Origin: a virus
Taxonomy: Duplodnaviria > Caudoviricetes
Virus record (IMG/VR): IMGVR_UViG_3300031555_004271
Location: 1 to 64,000 of that record
Strand: one strand, 5' to 3'
Length of the DNA: 64,000 bases
Part shown: piece after piece, positions 1 to 10,134 of the stretch
Layout of the letters: each line of letters begins with the position of its first letter
How positions within the stretch are numbered: position 1 is the stretch's first letter
The notes under the pieces: model-generated
What the model saw: the letters and a program-made list of their open reading frames with translations, nothing else
Databases searched by the model: none
Told to the model about the DNA's origin: nothing
Translations under genes and position numbers: made by a program

Positions 1-90
1 TTTTTTAAAGATGTTGAAAATATTTTTTTTTTTCAAAATTAAAAAAAATTACCGGTGGATGAAAAATTTTAATAAAATTAAAAAAAAAAA

Positions 91-130
91 AAAAAAGAAA
101 CCCTCAATTAAGAGGGTTTCTTTTTTTTTT
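91..130. terminator. Bidirectional intrinsic terminator
   Basis: gaaaccctc-aattaa-gagggtttc flanked by A and T runs, just after the stop of 133..693. Confidence 0.8.
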
Positions 131-132
131 AA

Positions 133-693
133 TTACTCTTCATCGTTATCGATAATTTCTAAATCCTGCTCATCTTTATGAACATACAATTTAGAAAAAT
201 CTACACTATTATAAATCTGATTTAGTTCTTTATACTCAAAAACTAAGTTCTTATTTAAGGTAAACGTACCATCTTCTTTTAATCTACCAATCCACCAAGA
301 TGTTACATGTTCACCAGTTTCTGCATCTTTAATAGCAAAACATAATTTGTTAAAATTCTTTGAATCGGACTTTGAATCAAGATACAGACCTACATGAGAC
401 ATAAAATCCTTATACTCAGGTTTTCTTGCTTTAAGATTCTTGATTCTAAATCCTTTAAAGAACTCATGATTGATAGTACCATTAGGGTAAATGGGACTAA
501 ACTTATCTCTAAAGATTTCCTTGTTTCTTAAAACAAAATCAGCCTGTTCAGGAGTATAATCATCAGAAGGCTTCATCATTTTAATAGACTCTAGAATAAT
601 TGCATCAGTTAACAAATTCTTACAACCACTATAAATGTTCGTTAATACATCTGATGCTCTCTTTAAATTCTCAATTCTGCTTTCGTACTTCAT
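133..693 (-). CDS. Hypothetical protein, 186 aa
   Basis: ORF with gaaagga RBS and downstream terminator; no recognised motif. Confidence 0.8.
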   Translation of the reverse strand: MKYESRIENLKRASDVLTNIYSGCKNLLTDAIILESIKMMKPSDDYTPEQADFVLRNKEIFRDKFSPIYPNGTINHEFFKGFRIKNLKARKPEYKDFMSHVGLYLDSKSDSKNFNKLCFAIKDAETGEHVTSWWIGRLKEDGTFTLNKNLVFEYKELNQIYNSVDFSKLYVHKDEQDLEIIDNDEE

Positions 694-730
694 TTTACTA
701 ATTATCCTTTCGTTTATAAAAATTTTATAA

Positions 731-764
731 AATGGGTATCCTTTGGTAGATAAGGATACCCATT
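731..764 (-). terminator. Hairpin/terminator after the vWA gene
   Basis: atgggtatcc...ggatacccat inverted repeat. Confidence 0.6.
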
Positions 765-773
765 CTACATTAC

Positions 774-3041
774 TTAGTTAAAGTATACCTTTTCGTAACT
801 AGTTTTGACAACCAAAGTATTGTCATCCTTAGTATAAATATACTTGTCCTTATCAACTACCAATTCTTCCCACCAAGAACTAGTGAGAACCTTAGCAATC
901 TTAATCGTATTCAATTCAATACGATTCTCAATCAACTTACTCTTAATACTCTTCAACAGAGATTCAAGTTCACGCTTTTCTTCTTTAGAACCTTTAATAA
1001 AATCCTGAAGAACAATCTTTTCCACATATTCATGGTAATTATGAATCTCGGAACACACAAAATTTGATGCTTTATTCTTAGCTAGATTGGTATTGTAAGT
1101 CTCTAGACCCTTCTGAATAGAAGGAATGGAAGCACTACCCTTAAGCTGGAATTCGAGTTCTCTAGCTTCATAGTAGTCATTCTCATTCTTTTCAGTTACC
1201 TTACGATTAACACCACCGTAGGTTAAGAACTCATTCAGACCATGTTCCTTTAGAACTTCAACCTGTTCTTCAGTATATGCAGTAGTACCATCAGGTTCAG
1301 ACATATACTCTTTGAAGGGATGAATACCAATCAGATAGTTAACAACCTTTTGCTGAACTTCCAGCTTAGTATTTTCAATAACAGTATCCATTACCTTATC
1401 AATACCAGAATCCTTTAGATACAGACGATTGATAATGGGAAGAACAGTTAGATCGATATCAAAGATGTTCTCACTATGTCTATCAGTAGAAGTCAAGAAA
1501 CACATAGCATCAGTACCAATTAGATCATTCTGAATGCCAACTAGAGTATCACGAGTTTCATCACTCAGCTTTACTCTAATAGTATCCATATTTAGATGAC
1601 CATCTTTTACGATAGTATGAGTCTGGAACTGCTTAGAATCAATTACTTCAGGTAGACCGACCTTCTTAGCACTCTTAGGATTGAGAGTTACAACGCCATC
1701 TCTGGTGAACTTGATAGAGATATTGAGCATGGTCTTGTTGAAAACTAGATTGTCATTGAAAGGTGCAAGAATCTCATAATCTCTCTTAGGCTCAAACAGA
1801 TTGAAAGTATCAACTACCTGTAGACCAATTCTCTTGTAGGAACTAATGGAAGGAATGTAGTAGTTGCCTTCATTGGATAGAATCTTTAGAAGATCCATAA
1901 CGCAGAAAGCATCATCAGCAGGAACATAATTCTCAGGTGCTTCACCAGACTTCATTCTTTCCTTATTGACGAAGATAGCCTTGTTCAGAGACTTAGTGAA
2001 CTTACTAGTTTCATCAATGGTAAATGCTTTCAGCTGCTCATCAATGAAGTACTTATCCTTAACATCCTTTAGAACGTCTAGACATACTTCTCTATTACCG
2101 CTATAGTAGTTCTCATGAGCATAAGCATACAATAGATTCAGAACAGTAGTATCAAGGATTTTACCATTCTTCATAGTTCTATACTCTACAGGATTGTCAT
2201 TGATAGTAATAGTTGTAATAGCATTCTCAGGTAGAATTACCAAGAACTGATTCTTACGCTTTTCAATGGAAGACAATTCCATATTGTTCTTCATCAACTT
2301 AGCAGACTTGCTATTCAGATATAGAATCTCGCAATCAGGTGCTTTGATTTCTACATGTTCGACAACCATATCCTTAACTCTTTCATAGTTGTGAGTAAAG
2401 ATTTCAGAGTATTCCTTGATGTTAGAGGAGTGTTCGTATTTACCAAACTCAGAACCTTCTGCTAGAGTAGTTAAGAACTTCTTGTCATAATAGTAACCAT
2501 AACCTAAAGTGTTTAGAGCCATGATATCCTTGCTGAAAGAATGTGCAATATCACAAGTCTTGTTATAATCCTTTTCAGGAGAAATATAACAGCAAGAACA
2601 ACCATCAGTGAATAGAGTTACATTGTAGTAGGGGCATAGAGGCTTCATTTCATCAATGATGGACTTTACAAGTGCCATAGGTTCATGAAAACAAGTACAT
2701 CCAACACAATGCTTGATAGAATCGATTAGTTTGTCTACACCCTCAAAATCGTCATTCTCAGTCTTTCTATAACCTTTAATGACAATACCATTCTGACCTT
2801 CAGAAGAGAACCATACTACAGAAATGTAGTCACCTACAGGAATAGCTCTGAAAGTCTTCTTTACATCTTCCATTAGAGCTACAATACTTCCAGACATAGA
2901 GTAGGATCTGTCTAAAATGTGAATATGATGCATTCTATCAATGGTTTTGCTTTCCTTCTCATTCTCAGGGCTATAGTTGATGAGAAGAACGTCACGGGGT
3001 TTGCCTGCGATTTTGATTGTGGACTTCTTGTAAGTTGACAT
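774..3041 (-). CDS. von Willebrand factor A (vWA) domain protein, 755 aa
   Basis: HIHILDRSYSMSG (DxSxS MIDAS), GCT and TLFTDG motifs in the N-terminal third; aaaaggag RBS. Confidence 0.8.
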   Translation of the reverse strand: MSTYKKSTIKIAGKPRDVLLINYSPENEKESKTIDRMHHIHILDRSYSMSGSIVALMEDVKKTFRAIPVGDYISVVWFSSEGQNGIVIKGYRKTENDDFEGVDKLIDSIKHCVGCTCFHEPMALVKSIIDEMKPLCPYYNVTLFTDGCSCCYISPEKDYNKTCDIAHSFSKDIMALNTLGYGYYYDKKFLTTLAEGSEFGKYEHSSNIKEYSEIFTHNYERVKDMVVEHVEIKAPDCEILYLNSKSAKLMKNNMELSSIEKRKNQFLVILPENAITTITINDNPVEYRTMKNGKILDTTVLNLLYAYAHENYYSGNREVCLDVLKDVKDKYFIDEQLKAFTIDETSKFTKSLNKAIFVNKERMKSGEAPENYVPADDAFCVMDLLKILSNEGNYYIPSISSYKRIGLQVVDTFNLFEPKRDYEILAPFNDNLVFNKTMLNISIKFTRDGVVTLNPKSAKKVGLPEVIDSKQFQTHTIVKDGHLNMDTIRVKLSDETRDTLVGIQNDLIGTDAMCFLTSTDRHSENIFDIDLTVLPIINRLYLKDSGIDKVMDTVIENTKLEVQQKVVNYLIGIHPFKEYMSEPDGTTAYTEEQVEVLKEHGLNEFLTYGGVNRKVTEKNENDYYEARELEFQLKGSASIPSIQKGLETYNTNLAKNKASNFVCSEIHNYHEYVEKIVLQDFIKGSKEEKRELESLLKSIKSKLIENRIELNTIKIAKVLTSSWWEELVVDKDKYIYTKDDNTLVVKTSYEKVYFN

Positions 3042-3064
3042 GATGTTTTACTCCTTTTCTGTTA

Positions 3065-3337
3065 TTAGTAGTTTTCAAATAGATATTCGTACATTTTATG
3101 TGCTAATGCTTCACAGATTCTTTGCTTATCTGTATTTTTAATTGCTTCATCAAATTTCTCTACAGATATATCCCAAACTCTACTATCAATAGCTTCTCTG
3201 ATATATCTTTCGATAATTTGATCATTGAAAATATACTTATTTTCTTTAAAGTATTTGTCTACATAACTAGTAACTCTTGAAACTACTGTTTTCTTAATTA
3301 GTTCTTGAATTTCCTCTTCATTGAGTTGTATATTCAT
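3065..3337 (-). CDS. Hypothetical protein, 90 aa
   Basis: ORF in operon, gaaaggtga RBS. Confidence 0.75.
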   Translation of the reverse strand: MNIQLNEEEIQELIKKTVVSRVTSYVDKYFKENKYIFNDQIIERYIREAIDSRVWDISVEKFDEAIKNTDKQRICEALAHKMYEYLFENY

Positions 3338-3351
3338 GTTCTAATCACCTT

Positions 3352-3738
3352 TCAAGTAAAAATATCTCCCTCTTCAGAATATGCTAGATGAAATCTAGTA
3401 TCATCGATATCTGGTAGACGATTGTCACTAGTCATACCAGGTAGAACTACAATACCACCAAACATTCCATCTTCAGTATGGAAGTGTATCTCATTTTCTT
3501 CATCAATTAACTCTTCTTCAAGTACTACTAATTTTAAACCAGTAACATTATTCACATCTTCAATGAACTTCAAAACGTCTTTTTCATTATTTGCAGTTTC
3601 TTCAGTCATGATAGTATAGAAGCCACCTGCATTTACAAATGAATTATGCACATGATAACCAGCTTCTTCTATGACTTTCTGTAAGGTTTCCTTTGGATCT
3701 GCAATATTCAGATCAAATTCGAATTTCTTGTTAAGCAT
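3352..3738 (-). CDS. FDL-family paralog (divergent, acidic)
   Basis: Start moved to MLNKKFEFDLN behind ggagg RBS; C-terminal NRLPDI. Confidence 0.7.
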   Translation of the reverse strand: MLNKKFEFDLNIADPKETLQKVIEEAGYHVHNSFVNAGGFYTIMTEETANNEKDVLKFIEDVNNVTGLKLVVLEEELIDEENEIHFHTEDGMFGGIVVLPGMTSDNRLPDIDDTRFHLAYSEEGDIFT

Positions 3739-4117
3739 AATTGTAATATCCTCCTTCTGTGTTATACCACTTAAAACAATAACCTGAAATGTAATTAGGA
3801 AAGTTATTAAATGTTTCTGATGGTGGTATTTTATATCTATCAAGTATTTGACAGAATTCATAATCGGTATATAGTCCATATTCTTTATGTGTATAACAAA
3901 TACAAACTACATTCAAATTATAAAGACTATAAAAACCTACTGATTTACTGGTAACACATTTAAATCCTAAATCATCTAATAATTCTACTATAGAATGTTT
4001 ATCAAAACAAGTTTCAAATCTAATTGCTATTACTTGATCATTTCTATATGAAAATGACTTAAATACTGATGTATTTAAGTCAAATTCAAATCTTTTTCTA
4101 ATTTTTTCTTTTGTCAT
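3731..4117 (-). CDS. FDL-family paralog
   Basis: MTKEKIRKRFEFDLN...NNFPNY; start at the ATGA overlap. Confidence 0.8.
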   Translation of the reverse strand: MTKEKIRKRFEFDLNTSVFKSFSYRNDQVIAIRFETCFDKHSIVELLDDLGFKCVTSKSVGFYSLYNLNVVCICYTHKEYGLYTDYEFCQILDRYKIPPSETFNNFPNYISGYCFKWYNTEGGYYNYA

Positions 4118-4488
4118 TTTTCTGCCACCGTAAAGTTCCAAGCATCACCTAATTCATAGTATAGGTCATATTTATTAAATATATTTGAAAATTCTTTAAG
4201 AAGTTTGCGACTACACATTCTATAACCATTTAGAGTATGATACAATGGACCTTCAAAGGACATAGACAGAATATGAGGATCAGCTACCCATTCAAAATAT
4301 GTTTTAGGATTTCTATCTTCATATTCGTATAGATTTTCTCCAATTTTCTTACCTTCTACACCTTTCCAATCACTCCAAGATGCCCATGCTTTACCATTAA
4401 AATAAATACAATTATCACCCCAGACTTCTCTTTTTATACACCAGTTATAGATTTCTTTTGCTAACTGTTCTACTTTGACTTTATCCAT
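4114..4488 (-). CDS. Hypothetical protein, 124 aa (not FDL family)
   Basis: ORF coupled to its neighbours. Confidence 0.75.
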   Translation of the reverse strand: MDKVKVEQLAKEIYNWCIKREVWGDNCIYFNGKAWASWSDWKGVEGKKIGENLYEYEDRNPKTYFEWVADPHILSMSFEGPLYHTLNGYRMCSRKLLKEFSNIFNKYDLYYELGDAWNFTVAEK

Positions 4489-4883
4489 CTTTCAACCCTA
4501 CTTTCTATAAGTTTTAGTACTGGAAATCTAGCATAATCCAGTATGTATTCAGGTACTATATTTACATCATTACGATTTGGAAACCAGTGAAATGAGTAAA
4601 AACATTTATGGTATGTTTTGTCATTAGTGCATACACATATACCTTCTGGTTCATTGTATATCTTAATTTTTTCTTTAGAATGTGTATAACCCATTTCTTC
4701 TAATACTGTTATAATTTTCTTATAATTGTGATCAAAATAACGATAGAAAAAGTATTTTGTATTAGGTTTACTTATAGAAATTATAGATTCATGAAAGAAT
4801 CCCATTTCTAAATCGAATTGAAATCTTTTTACTATTTTTTGGTTATTTTCCTTTATAGCTTTTAACTCTTCGATAAATTTCAT
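4470..4883 (-). CDS. FDL-family paralog
   Basis: KRFQFDLEMG...NIVPEY. Confidence 0.85.
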   Translation of the reverse strand: MKFIEELKAIKENNQKIVKRFQFDLEMGFFHESIISISKPNTKYFFYRYFDHNYKKIITVLEEMGYTHSKEKIKIYNEPEGICVCTNDKTYHKCFYSFHWFPNRNDVNIVPEYILDYARFPVLKLIESRVERWIKSK

Positions 4884-4898
4884 ATAGAACTATCCTTC

Positions 4899-5285
4899 TT
4901 AGAAAAACGTTTTATAATCTAGTATATAATCAGGTATCTTATTATAACTAACCATATCATCATAACTAAAATAATAGTATGCAAATTTAAACTCTTTAGT
5001 TTCTGGATATATAACTAATCCAACTGGTGGTGATGGTAAATAAGGAAATAGATTAATATAGTTATGTCTATATTTTAGCTTTTCTAATATTTTGATAAGC
5101 ATTTTTTTATCTTTACGATTTTTGCGACTATTAAATTTGAATCTATATTCTTTGGGAGTAGTAAAAAAGTCAGATATTCCGTATGAATTATCTCTAAATA
5201 ATTCCATTTCTAAATCAAATTGGAATCTTTTTACTATCTTCTGATTATTCACTTTTATAGCTTTTAACTCTTTTATAATCTTCAT
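4899..5285 (-). CDS. FDL-family paralog
   Basis: MKIIKELKAIK...KRFQFDLEME...NKIPDY; N-terminus nearly identical to 4470..4883. Confidence 0.85.
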   Translation of the reverse strand: MKIIKELKAIKVNNQKIVKRFQFDLEMELFRDNSYGISDFFTTPKEYRFKFNSRKNRKDKKMLIKILEKLKYRHNYINLFPYLPSPPVGLVIYPETKEFKFAYYYFSYDDMVSYNKIPDYILDYKTFF

Positions 5286-5764
5286 TTCATCAACCAACTC
5301 ACTATTCTATCCCATAATGTTAGTTTGTATTCTAAAACATAATCTGGAATTTCATTAATCTTAGAACTTGCAAAATCTTTAAATAGTTCAGGTTGTTTCT
5401 CTTTAATCTGCATAAATTTAGCTAGATGATAATTCATATCTTCAAAAACATTACTGTATTTTGAATCAATTATTCTAGATGGAGAACCTTCATGAACGTA
5501 TAACCATGCTCTTTTAGAAGTGGTATTAATTGAAATACCAATAGGTACTTGACTGATATCGTAAAAATCTGTAATTAAATATCCTAATTTTCTTAGGATA
5601 TTTTTAAAAGCTTTTAGTTTTAGGTAATCTCTGTCTTTATGGAATTTAAAACTATACACTCTAGAACCTAATACATTCATTGAATTTAATCGACCAACAT
5701 TTAAATCAAAATCGAATCTTTTTATAATAGTGTCATTCTTTTTCTTTTGATCTTTGATTTTCAT
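5282..5764 (-). CDS. FDL-family paralog with amphipathic C-tail
   Basis: KRFDFDLNVG...NEIPDY..LWDRIVSWLMK; start at ATGA overlap. Confidence 0.8.
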   Translation of the reverse strand: MKIKDQKKKNDTIIKRFDFDLNVGRLNSMNVLGSRVYSFKFHKDRDYLKLKAFKNILRKLGYLITDFYDISQVPIGISINTTSKRAWLYVHEGSPSRIIDSKYSNVFEDMNYHLAKFMQIKEKQPELFKDFASSKINEIPDYVLEYKLTLWDRIVSWLMK

Positions 5765-6270
5765 CAGAAGTACATCCACCATTCTTTTAGTTTTTGATGT
5801 AATGGTAATTTGTAATTAACAATGTAATCTGGTAACTTATAGGTCTTAACATTTCTTTCATTTAGAACATATACGTTATAAGGAATACTATTAGATTTGA
5901 CTAACAAGCCAGGATTACTATTATAGATTTTAGAACACTCATAACTTAACTCATACATATTGAAGTTTGTACTATTAGTAACTATTTTCCTACAACTACT
6001 ACCATATGCATAAAACCAAAATTCTTTAGTATTTTGATTTATAGAAATTCCTTCAAAATTTCTTCTTAAATTATATCTGTATTTTTCAATATCATATTCT
6101 GTACGATAACCTAATTTTTTGAATACTTTGATAAAGAAGTATTCAGAGTTATAATGGCATGATTCATCAAACTCAAAACAATAGATGTCGTCATTTATTA
6201 CTCTTGTAGGTTGAAATAAGATTCCTAAATCAAACTGAAATCTATCTTTAATAGTTGTCTTCTTCCGCAT
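5764..6270 (-). CDS. FDL-family paralog with amphipathic C-tail
   Basis: DRFQFDLG...YKLPDY..LHQKLKEWWMYF; start uncertain (6270-6318). Confidence 0.75.
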   Translation of the reverse strand: MRKKTTIKDRFQFDLGILFQPTRVINDDIYCFEFDESCHYNSEYFFIKVFKKLGYRTEYDIEKYRYNLRRNFEGISINQNTKEFWFYAYGSSCRKIVTNSTNFNMYELSYECSKIYNSNPGLLVKSNSIPYNVYVLNERNVKTYKLPDYIVNYKLPLHQKLKEWWMYF

Positions 6271-7192
6271 ACAACTCACTCGCCTTTTTAGGTTCATTGA
6301 TATTAGTAAAGTAGTCAAATAAGAATTCTTTCTGAGCTTTAGTTAGTCTTTTTATCTCATTCTTTGTAATAGATGGAATTCCTAAACCTGGACTATGAAT
6401 TAGTACCCACCCCTTTTCAGTTAGGAAATCTGCACCACATTCAAATCCAGTTAAATAGTCTTTATCCTTATAATATGCTTCAAACTCTTCTTTATAACGT
6501 GATAAATCAATAAGTTCAGAATCATGGCTACTCATATATCGTTCAGGATCTCTAAGCATAATACAAGAATAAGGCCAACATTGATGATCTCCCCATTCTA
6601 CTTTATAAAATTTGCCACTAGGGTCTAGCCAACCATATTCTGGTTTTACTTTAGTTGCTTTTAGATAAGAATCTAAAATAGGTTCACTAGTATTAAACTC
6701 TGTATTTTTCATAGATGGAGATTTGGCATAATTATACATACACTCAATACTTTCTAGAATGTCTGAAACATAATTGTCTTTTATACTACTTGTATCTAAT
6801 TCACCATTTTCTCTCCAATCCAATAAACAGTCAATGAGATCACTATAAATTCTATTAGTCTTAGCAGATTCTTCCTTGATCTTCTTATTTTCCTGTGTTA
6901 CCTTAGAATACTGAGTGAAGATGTTATCGTTATTCAAATCATCAGTTAGATATACTAGTTCAAATGTACCGTCTCCACTATTACCTCTAAACTCAGCATT
7001 GCCCATTAGAATGTTTTGAACATGAATTTTCAGTTTACCTAATGATTCATCACTACCTTGCATACAAGAAAGTAATAATTCCTCTACAGTCTCATAAGGT
7101 TTATGCTCTATGAAAAACCATTCTTTGGCAATTCTAGTTATGAAACTACCTTCTATACTGAATTGTAATTTCTTAGTCTCCAACGCTATCAT
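6248..7192 (-). CDS. Hypothetical protein, 314 aa
   Basis: Long ORF; YGWLDPSG...GDH motif, function unknown. Confidence 0.8.
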   Translation of the reverse strand: MIALETKKLQFSIEGSFITRIAKEWFFIEHKPYETVEELLLSCMQGSDESLGKLKIHVQNILMGNAEFRGNSGDGTFELVYLTDDLNNDNIFTQYSKVTQENKKIKEESAKTNRIYSDLIDCLLDWRENGELDTSSIKDNYVSDILESIECMYNYAKSPSMKNTEFNTSEPILDSYLKATKVKPEYGWLDPSGKFYKVEWGDHQCWPYSCIMLRDPERYMSSHDSELIDLSRYKEEFEAYYKDKDYLTGFECGADFLTEKGWVLIHSPGLGIPSITKNEIKRLTKAQKEFLFDYFTNINEPKKASELYAEEDNY

Positions 7193-7472
7193 CCTTTACT
7201 TTTAGATTGATTTCATTGATTTTCTTTATAGTTTCATTGTGCTTCTTAAGGTTATTAGTACATTGAAAAATGAGTATTCTATCAGTTACTTGATTGACAG
7301 TTATACCATCCCAGTAGATTTTTTGTCCACATTCATGGCAATACTTTTCTCTTTCCTCATAGTAATGAAATACTGTACCACATTGAGGACACTTAAATAT
7401 GACTTTTCTCATATCTTCCCTACCCCATGCATTGATTCTATCTGCAATGGGTAGTAAACCTTTTTCATTCAT
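7173..7472 (-). CDS. Zinc-ribbon protein, 99 aa
   Basis: CPQCG...CHECGQKIYW. Confidence 0.7.
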   Translation of the reverse strand: MNEKGLLPIADRINAWGREDMRKVIFKCPQCGTVFHYYEEREKYCHECGQKIYWDGITVNQVTDRILIFQCTNNLKKHNETIKKINEINLKVKDDSVGD

Positions 7473-7839
7473 AGTTAAACAAATCCTTTCCTTCTTTTCT
7501 TACTATAGAGTATCCTTCTAATAAGTATTTAGGAATTTCGTTTACATAGTCTTGCATAAAGAACAATACTTCATCTGTTGTATAAAATGTTTTAAGATTG
7601 TGATTTACAATTACACCAGTTAAAGTATAATTAGAAATACTACCTGTTGAACATTTAAGTCTTCTATAGCCTAAATCGTCTAAAGCACGAGTTAGTATTA
7701 AGTAGTCTGGAAAATAGTTTTGATGATTTTCATCTAGAAAGAATATAGTCGAATGTGGTCTATCTGGATCATAAGGTTTAAATACTCCTATTTCTAAGTC
7801 GAATTGAAATCTTTTTAGAATTTCATCATTCTTTTTCAT
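7465..7839 (-). CDS. FDL-family paralog
   Basis: KRFQFDLEIG...NEIPKY. Confidence 0.85.
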   Translation of the reverse strand: MKKNDEILKRFQFDLEIGVFKPYDPDRPHSTIFFLDENHQNYFPDYLILTRALDDLGYRRLKCSTGSISNYTLTGVIVNHNLKTFYTTDEVLFFMQDYVNEIPKYLLEGYSIVRKEGKDLFNYE

Positions 7840-7841
7840 TT

Positions 7842-8180
7842 TTAAACTATCCTCATTAATTCATATAGGTAATCTGGAATTACATTATTTCTAGATGACT
7901 GTTCGCTAATTCCGTCTTCAGCAAACATCCAATACGACTTGTTTTCTAAAAGTATAGAAATTCCATATCGATTATCTAATTCACAAATATCCGTTCTTTC
8001 AAAACCAATCTTGTTAAGTGTATCAGCCAAAAGATATATGTCTCTTTTACTATTAGAATCCATTGTAAAAGGACATATTAGTTTTCCCTTACTTTCATGT
8101 AGTTTATAAGTAATAGTTACAAATCTACCTACATTTATATCAAAACTAAATCGTTTCATAATTTCTTCAATTCTGTCCAT
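7842..8180 (-). CDS. FDL-family paralog
   Basis: KRFSFDINVG...NVIPDY. Confidence 0.85.
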   Translation of the reverse strand: MDRIEEIMKRFSFDINVGRFVTITYKLHESKGKLICPFTMDSNSKRDIYLLADTLNKIGFERTDICELDNRYGISILLENKSYWMFAEDGISEQSSRNNVIPDYLYELMRIV

Positions 8181-8502
8181 TTAAATCCTCCATATATTCA
8201 TACAGATAGTCTGGAATCTCATTATCATCGTAACTATCATCACCATCATCTAATGTATAAAACCAGTATGTTTTATTTGTTAGATTTATAGAAATACCAT
8301 CTGCGTTCTTATAAGTAAAATATGTATTATAGTTCCTTTCGAAACCTAGTTTTTTAAAAATTTTCATTAAAAATTCTAGATCTTCTTTATTGTCATTTTC
8401 AAAAGGACAGATTGTATCACCATCTGTATTACTAATATGTCTAAGTCTTCCAGTCATTACATCAAATTCGAATCTTTTTAGAATTTCTTCATTGTTTTTC
8501 AT
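8167..8502 (-). CDS. FDL-family paralog
   Basis: KRFEFDVMTG...NEIPDY. Confidence 0.85.
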   Translation of the reverse strand: MKNNEEILKRFEFDVMTGRLRHISNTDGDTICPFENDNKEDLEFLMKIFKKLGFERNYNTYFTYKNADGISINLTNKTYWFYTLDDGDDSYDDNEIPDYLYEYMEDLNGQN

Positions 8503-8821
8503 TACCTAATCTCTCCATGTATTCATATAGATATATTGGAAGTTCATTATCAGTATATTTTTCTCCACTAAAACATTCTTGATAGTAACTGTATGTCTTT
8601 TTAGTTATATTGATATTCACACCATCTATTGTCATAGGAACATTCCAGATATTAGTATTTTTAAATCCTAGATTACTAAAAATCTCAGCTATAAAAATTA
8701 CATCCTCACTATTATCTCTTTCAAAAGGACAAATTATGAATCCAAATGCAGAAGTATATGATCTAAGTCTTCCAGTCATTACATCGAATTCGAATCTTTT
8801 TAAAATTTCATCTCTAGTCAT
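8489..8821 (-). CDS. FDL-family paralog
   Basis: KRFEFDVMTG...NELPIY. Confidence 0.85.
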   Translation of the reverse strand: MTRDEILKRFEFDVMTGRLRSYTSAFGFIICPFERDNSEDVIFIAEIFSNLGFKNTNIWNVPMTIDGVNINITKKTYSYYQECFSGEKYTDNELPIYLYEYMERLGNEKQ

Positions 8822-9132
8822 GTCATTCCCTCTTTGAAATACTCTGGTAGTTCATTATCAAAGTCAGAAAATTCTTCTGATTCATCATCCTGTTCAAAGA
8901 ACCAATATTCCATATCTTCTTTACTTACTGAAACTCCATCATAGTCATCAAATGAATACAAACTACAATAATGATCTTTCTTAAAACCTAGTATTTCTAA
9001 AATAGCTATAAAGAATTTTCTTGTAGGTGGATTACCGACTATAAAAGCACAAGTATCTTCATCTGGAATATTTTTAAATCTACCCATTTCTAGGTCAAAT
9101 TTGAATCTCTTAGCTATTTCTTCATTCGTCAT
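8818..9132 (-). CDS. FDL-family paralog
   Basis: KRFKFDLEMG...NELPEY. Confidence 0.85.
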   Translation of the reverse strand: MTNEEIAKRFKFDLEMGRFKNIPDEDTCAFIVGNPPTRKFFIAILEILGFKKDHYCSLYSFDDYDGVSVSKEDMEYWFFEQDDESEEFSDFDNELPEYFKEGMT

Positions 9133-9448
9133 ATAGTTTCCATTCCTTTAAATAGTCCGGTATTTTAATGCAATACTTATCAATATCAGGATTCAGTTCT
9201 TGCCAAGTCCAAAAATTCTCAGCACTTTTATCAATTGATATACCATCAGCAAACCTAGCTTTTAGTAAATCTTGAGGGATATAGTAATCTAATTTCCTAA
9301 GAATACTTTTAAAAACCTTAAATTCTCGTTCTCTATCATTTAATACTTCACTGAATTTGAATATACTTAGATGAGAGTTTAAACTAGAACTGAAAAGACC
9401 CATTTCTAAATCGAATTGGAATCTTTTTAGAATTTCTTCATTCGTCAT
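9122..9448 (-). CDS. FDL-family paralog
   Basis: Start moved to MTNEEILKRFQFDLEMG behind gaaagg; IKIPDY. Confidence 0.85.
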   Translation of the reverse strand: MTNEEILKRFQFDLEMGLFSSSLNSHLSIFKFSEVLNDREREFKVFKSILRKLDYYIPQDLLKARFADGISIDKSAENFWTWQELNPDIDKYCIKIPDYLKEWKLYDE

Positions 9449-9452
9449 TATG

Positions 9453-9803
9453 TTACCTTTCTTGATACTGGTAATCCAATAGATACTCTGGATAGCTATT
9501 ATGTACAAGTTTTCTACCTGCTGAATATGTAGTATATGAGTTAGATAATCTAAAATTTTTCTTGTTTGTATTTATAATTATTTCTGCTATATTCATAAAA
9601 TTACGAGGAGTACTGTGATCTTCATATCCTAGTTTCTTTAAAGCCATCATTAACTTTAGAGTTTTATCACTGATAGAATGATCAAACTGTTTGTAGTGAT
9701 TCTCATCAACGATATCAATTATACATAATATATTGAAGTTAGATTTAAATAATCCTAAATCTAGATCGAATTGGAATCTTTTTAGAATTTCTTCATTTGT
9801 CAT
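9453..9803 (-). CDS. FDL-family paralog
   Basis: Start moved to MTNEEILKRFQFDLDLG behind gggag; NSYPEY. Confidence 0.85.
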   Translation of the reverse strand: MTNEEILKRFQFDLDLGLFKSNFNILCIIDIVDENHYKQFDHSISDKTLKLMMALKKLGYEDHSTPRNFMNIAEIIINTNKKNFRLSNSYTTYSAGRKLVHNSYPEYLLDYQYQER

Positions 9804-10134
9804 TATAATTCTCCCTAACATATTCAGTTATATAAATTGGAATGTTATTTGTAGGATAAGTATCATTTGGATACAAGTAACTATACAGTTTATATCTTAA
9901 ATCTACTATAAGTCCTGCAATAATTTTTGAAGTAGCAAAGAATTGATTAGCTGGATACGATCTATATCCTAATATAGTTAGGATTTCTGCAAGAACATGA
10001 ATTTCTAATTTATTGAAGGTTGAAAATGAACATAATGCATCACCATGACTCGTTATAAATAGATGCATATCCATATCAAATTGAAATCTTTTTATTATCT
10101 TTTCATCAATAGTAATATAAGATTGATCCATCAA
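9793..10134 (-). CDS. FDL-family paralog
   Basis: KRFQFDMDMH...NNIPIY. Confidence 0.85.
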   Translation of the reverse strand: MMDQSYITIDEKIIKRFQFDMDMHLFITSHGDALCSFSTFNKLEIHVLAEILTILGYRSYPANQFFATSKIIAGLIVDLRYKLYSYLYPNDTYPTNNIPIYITEYVRENYNDK

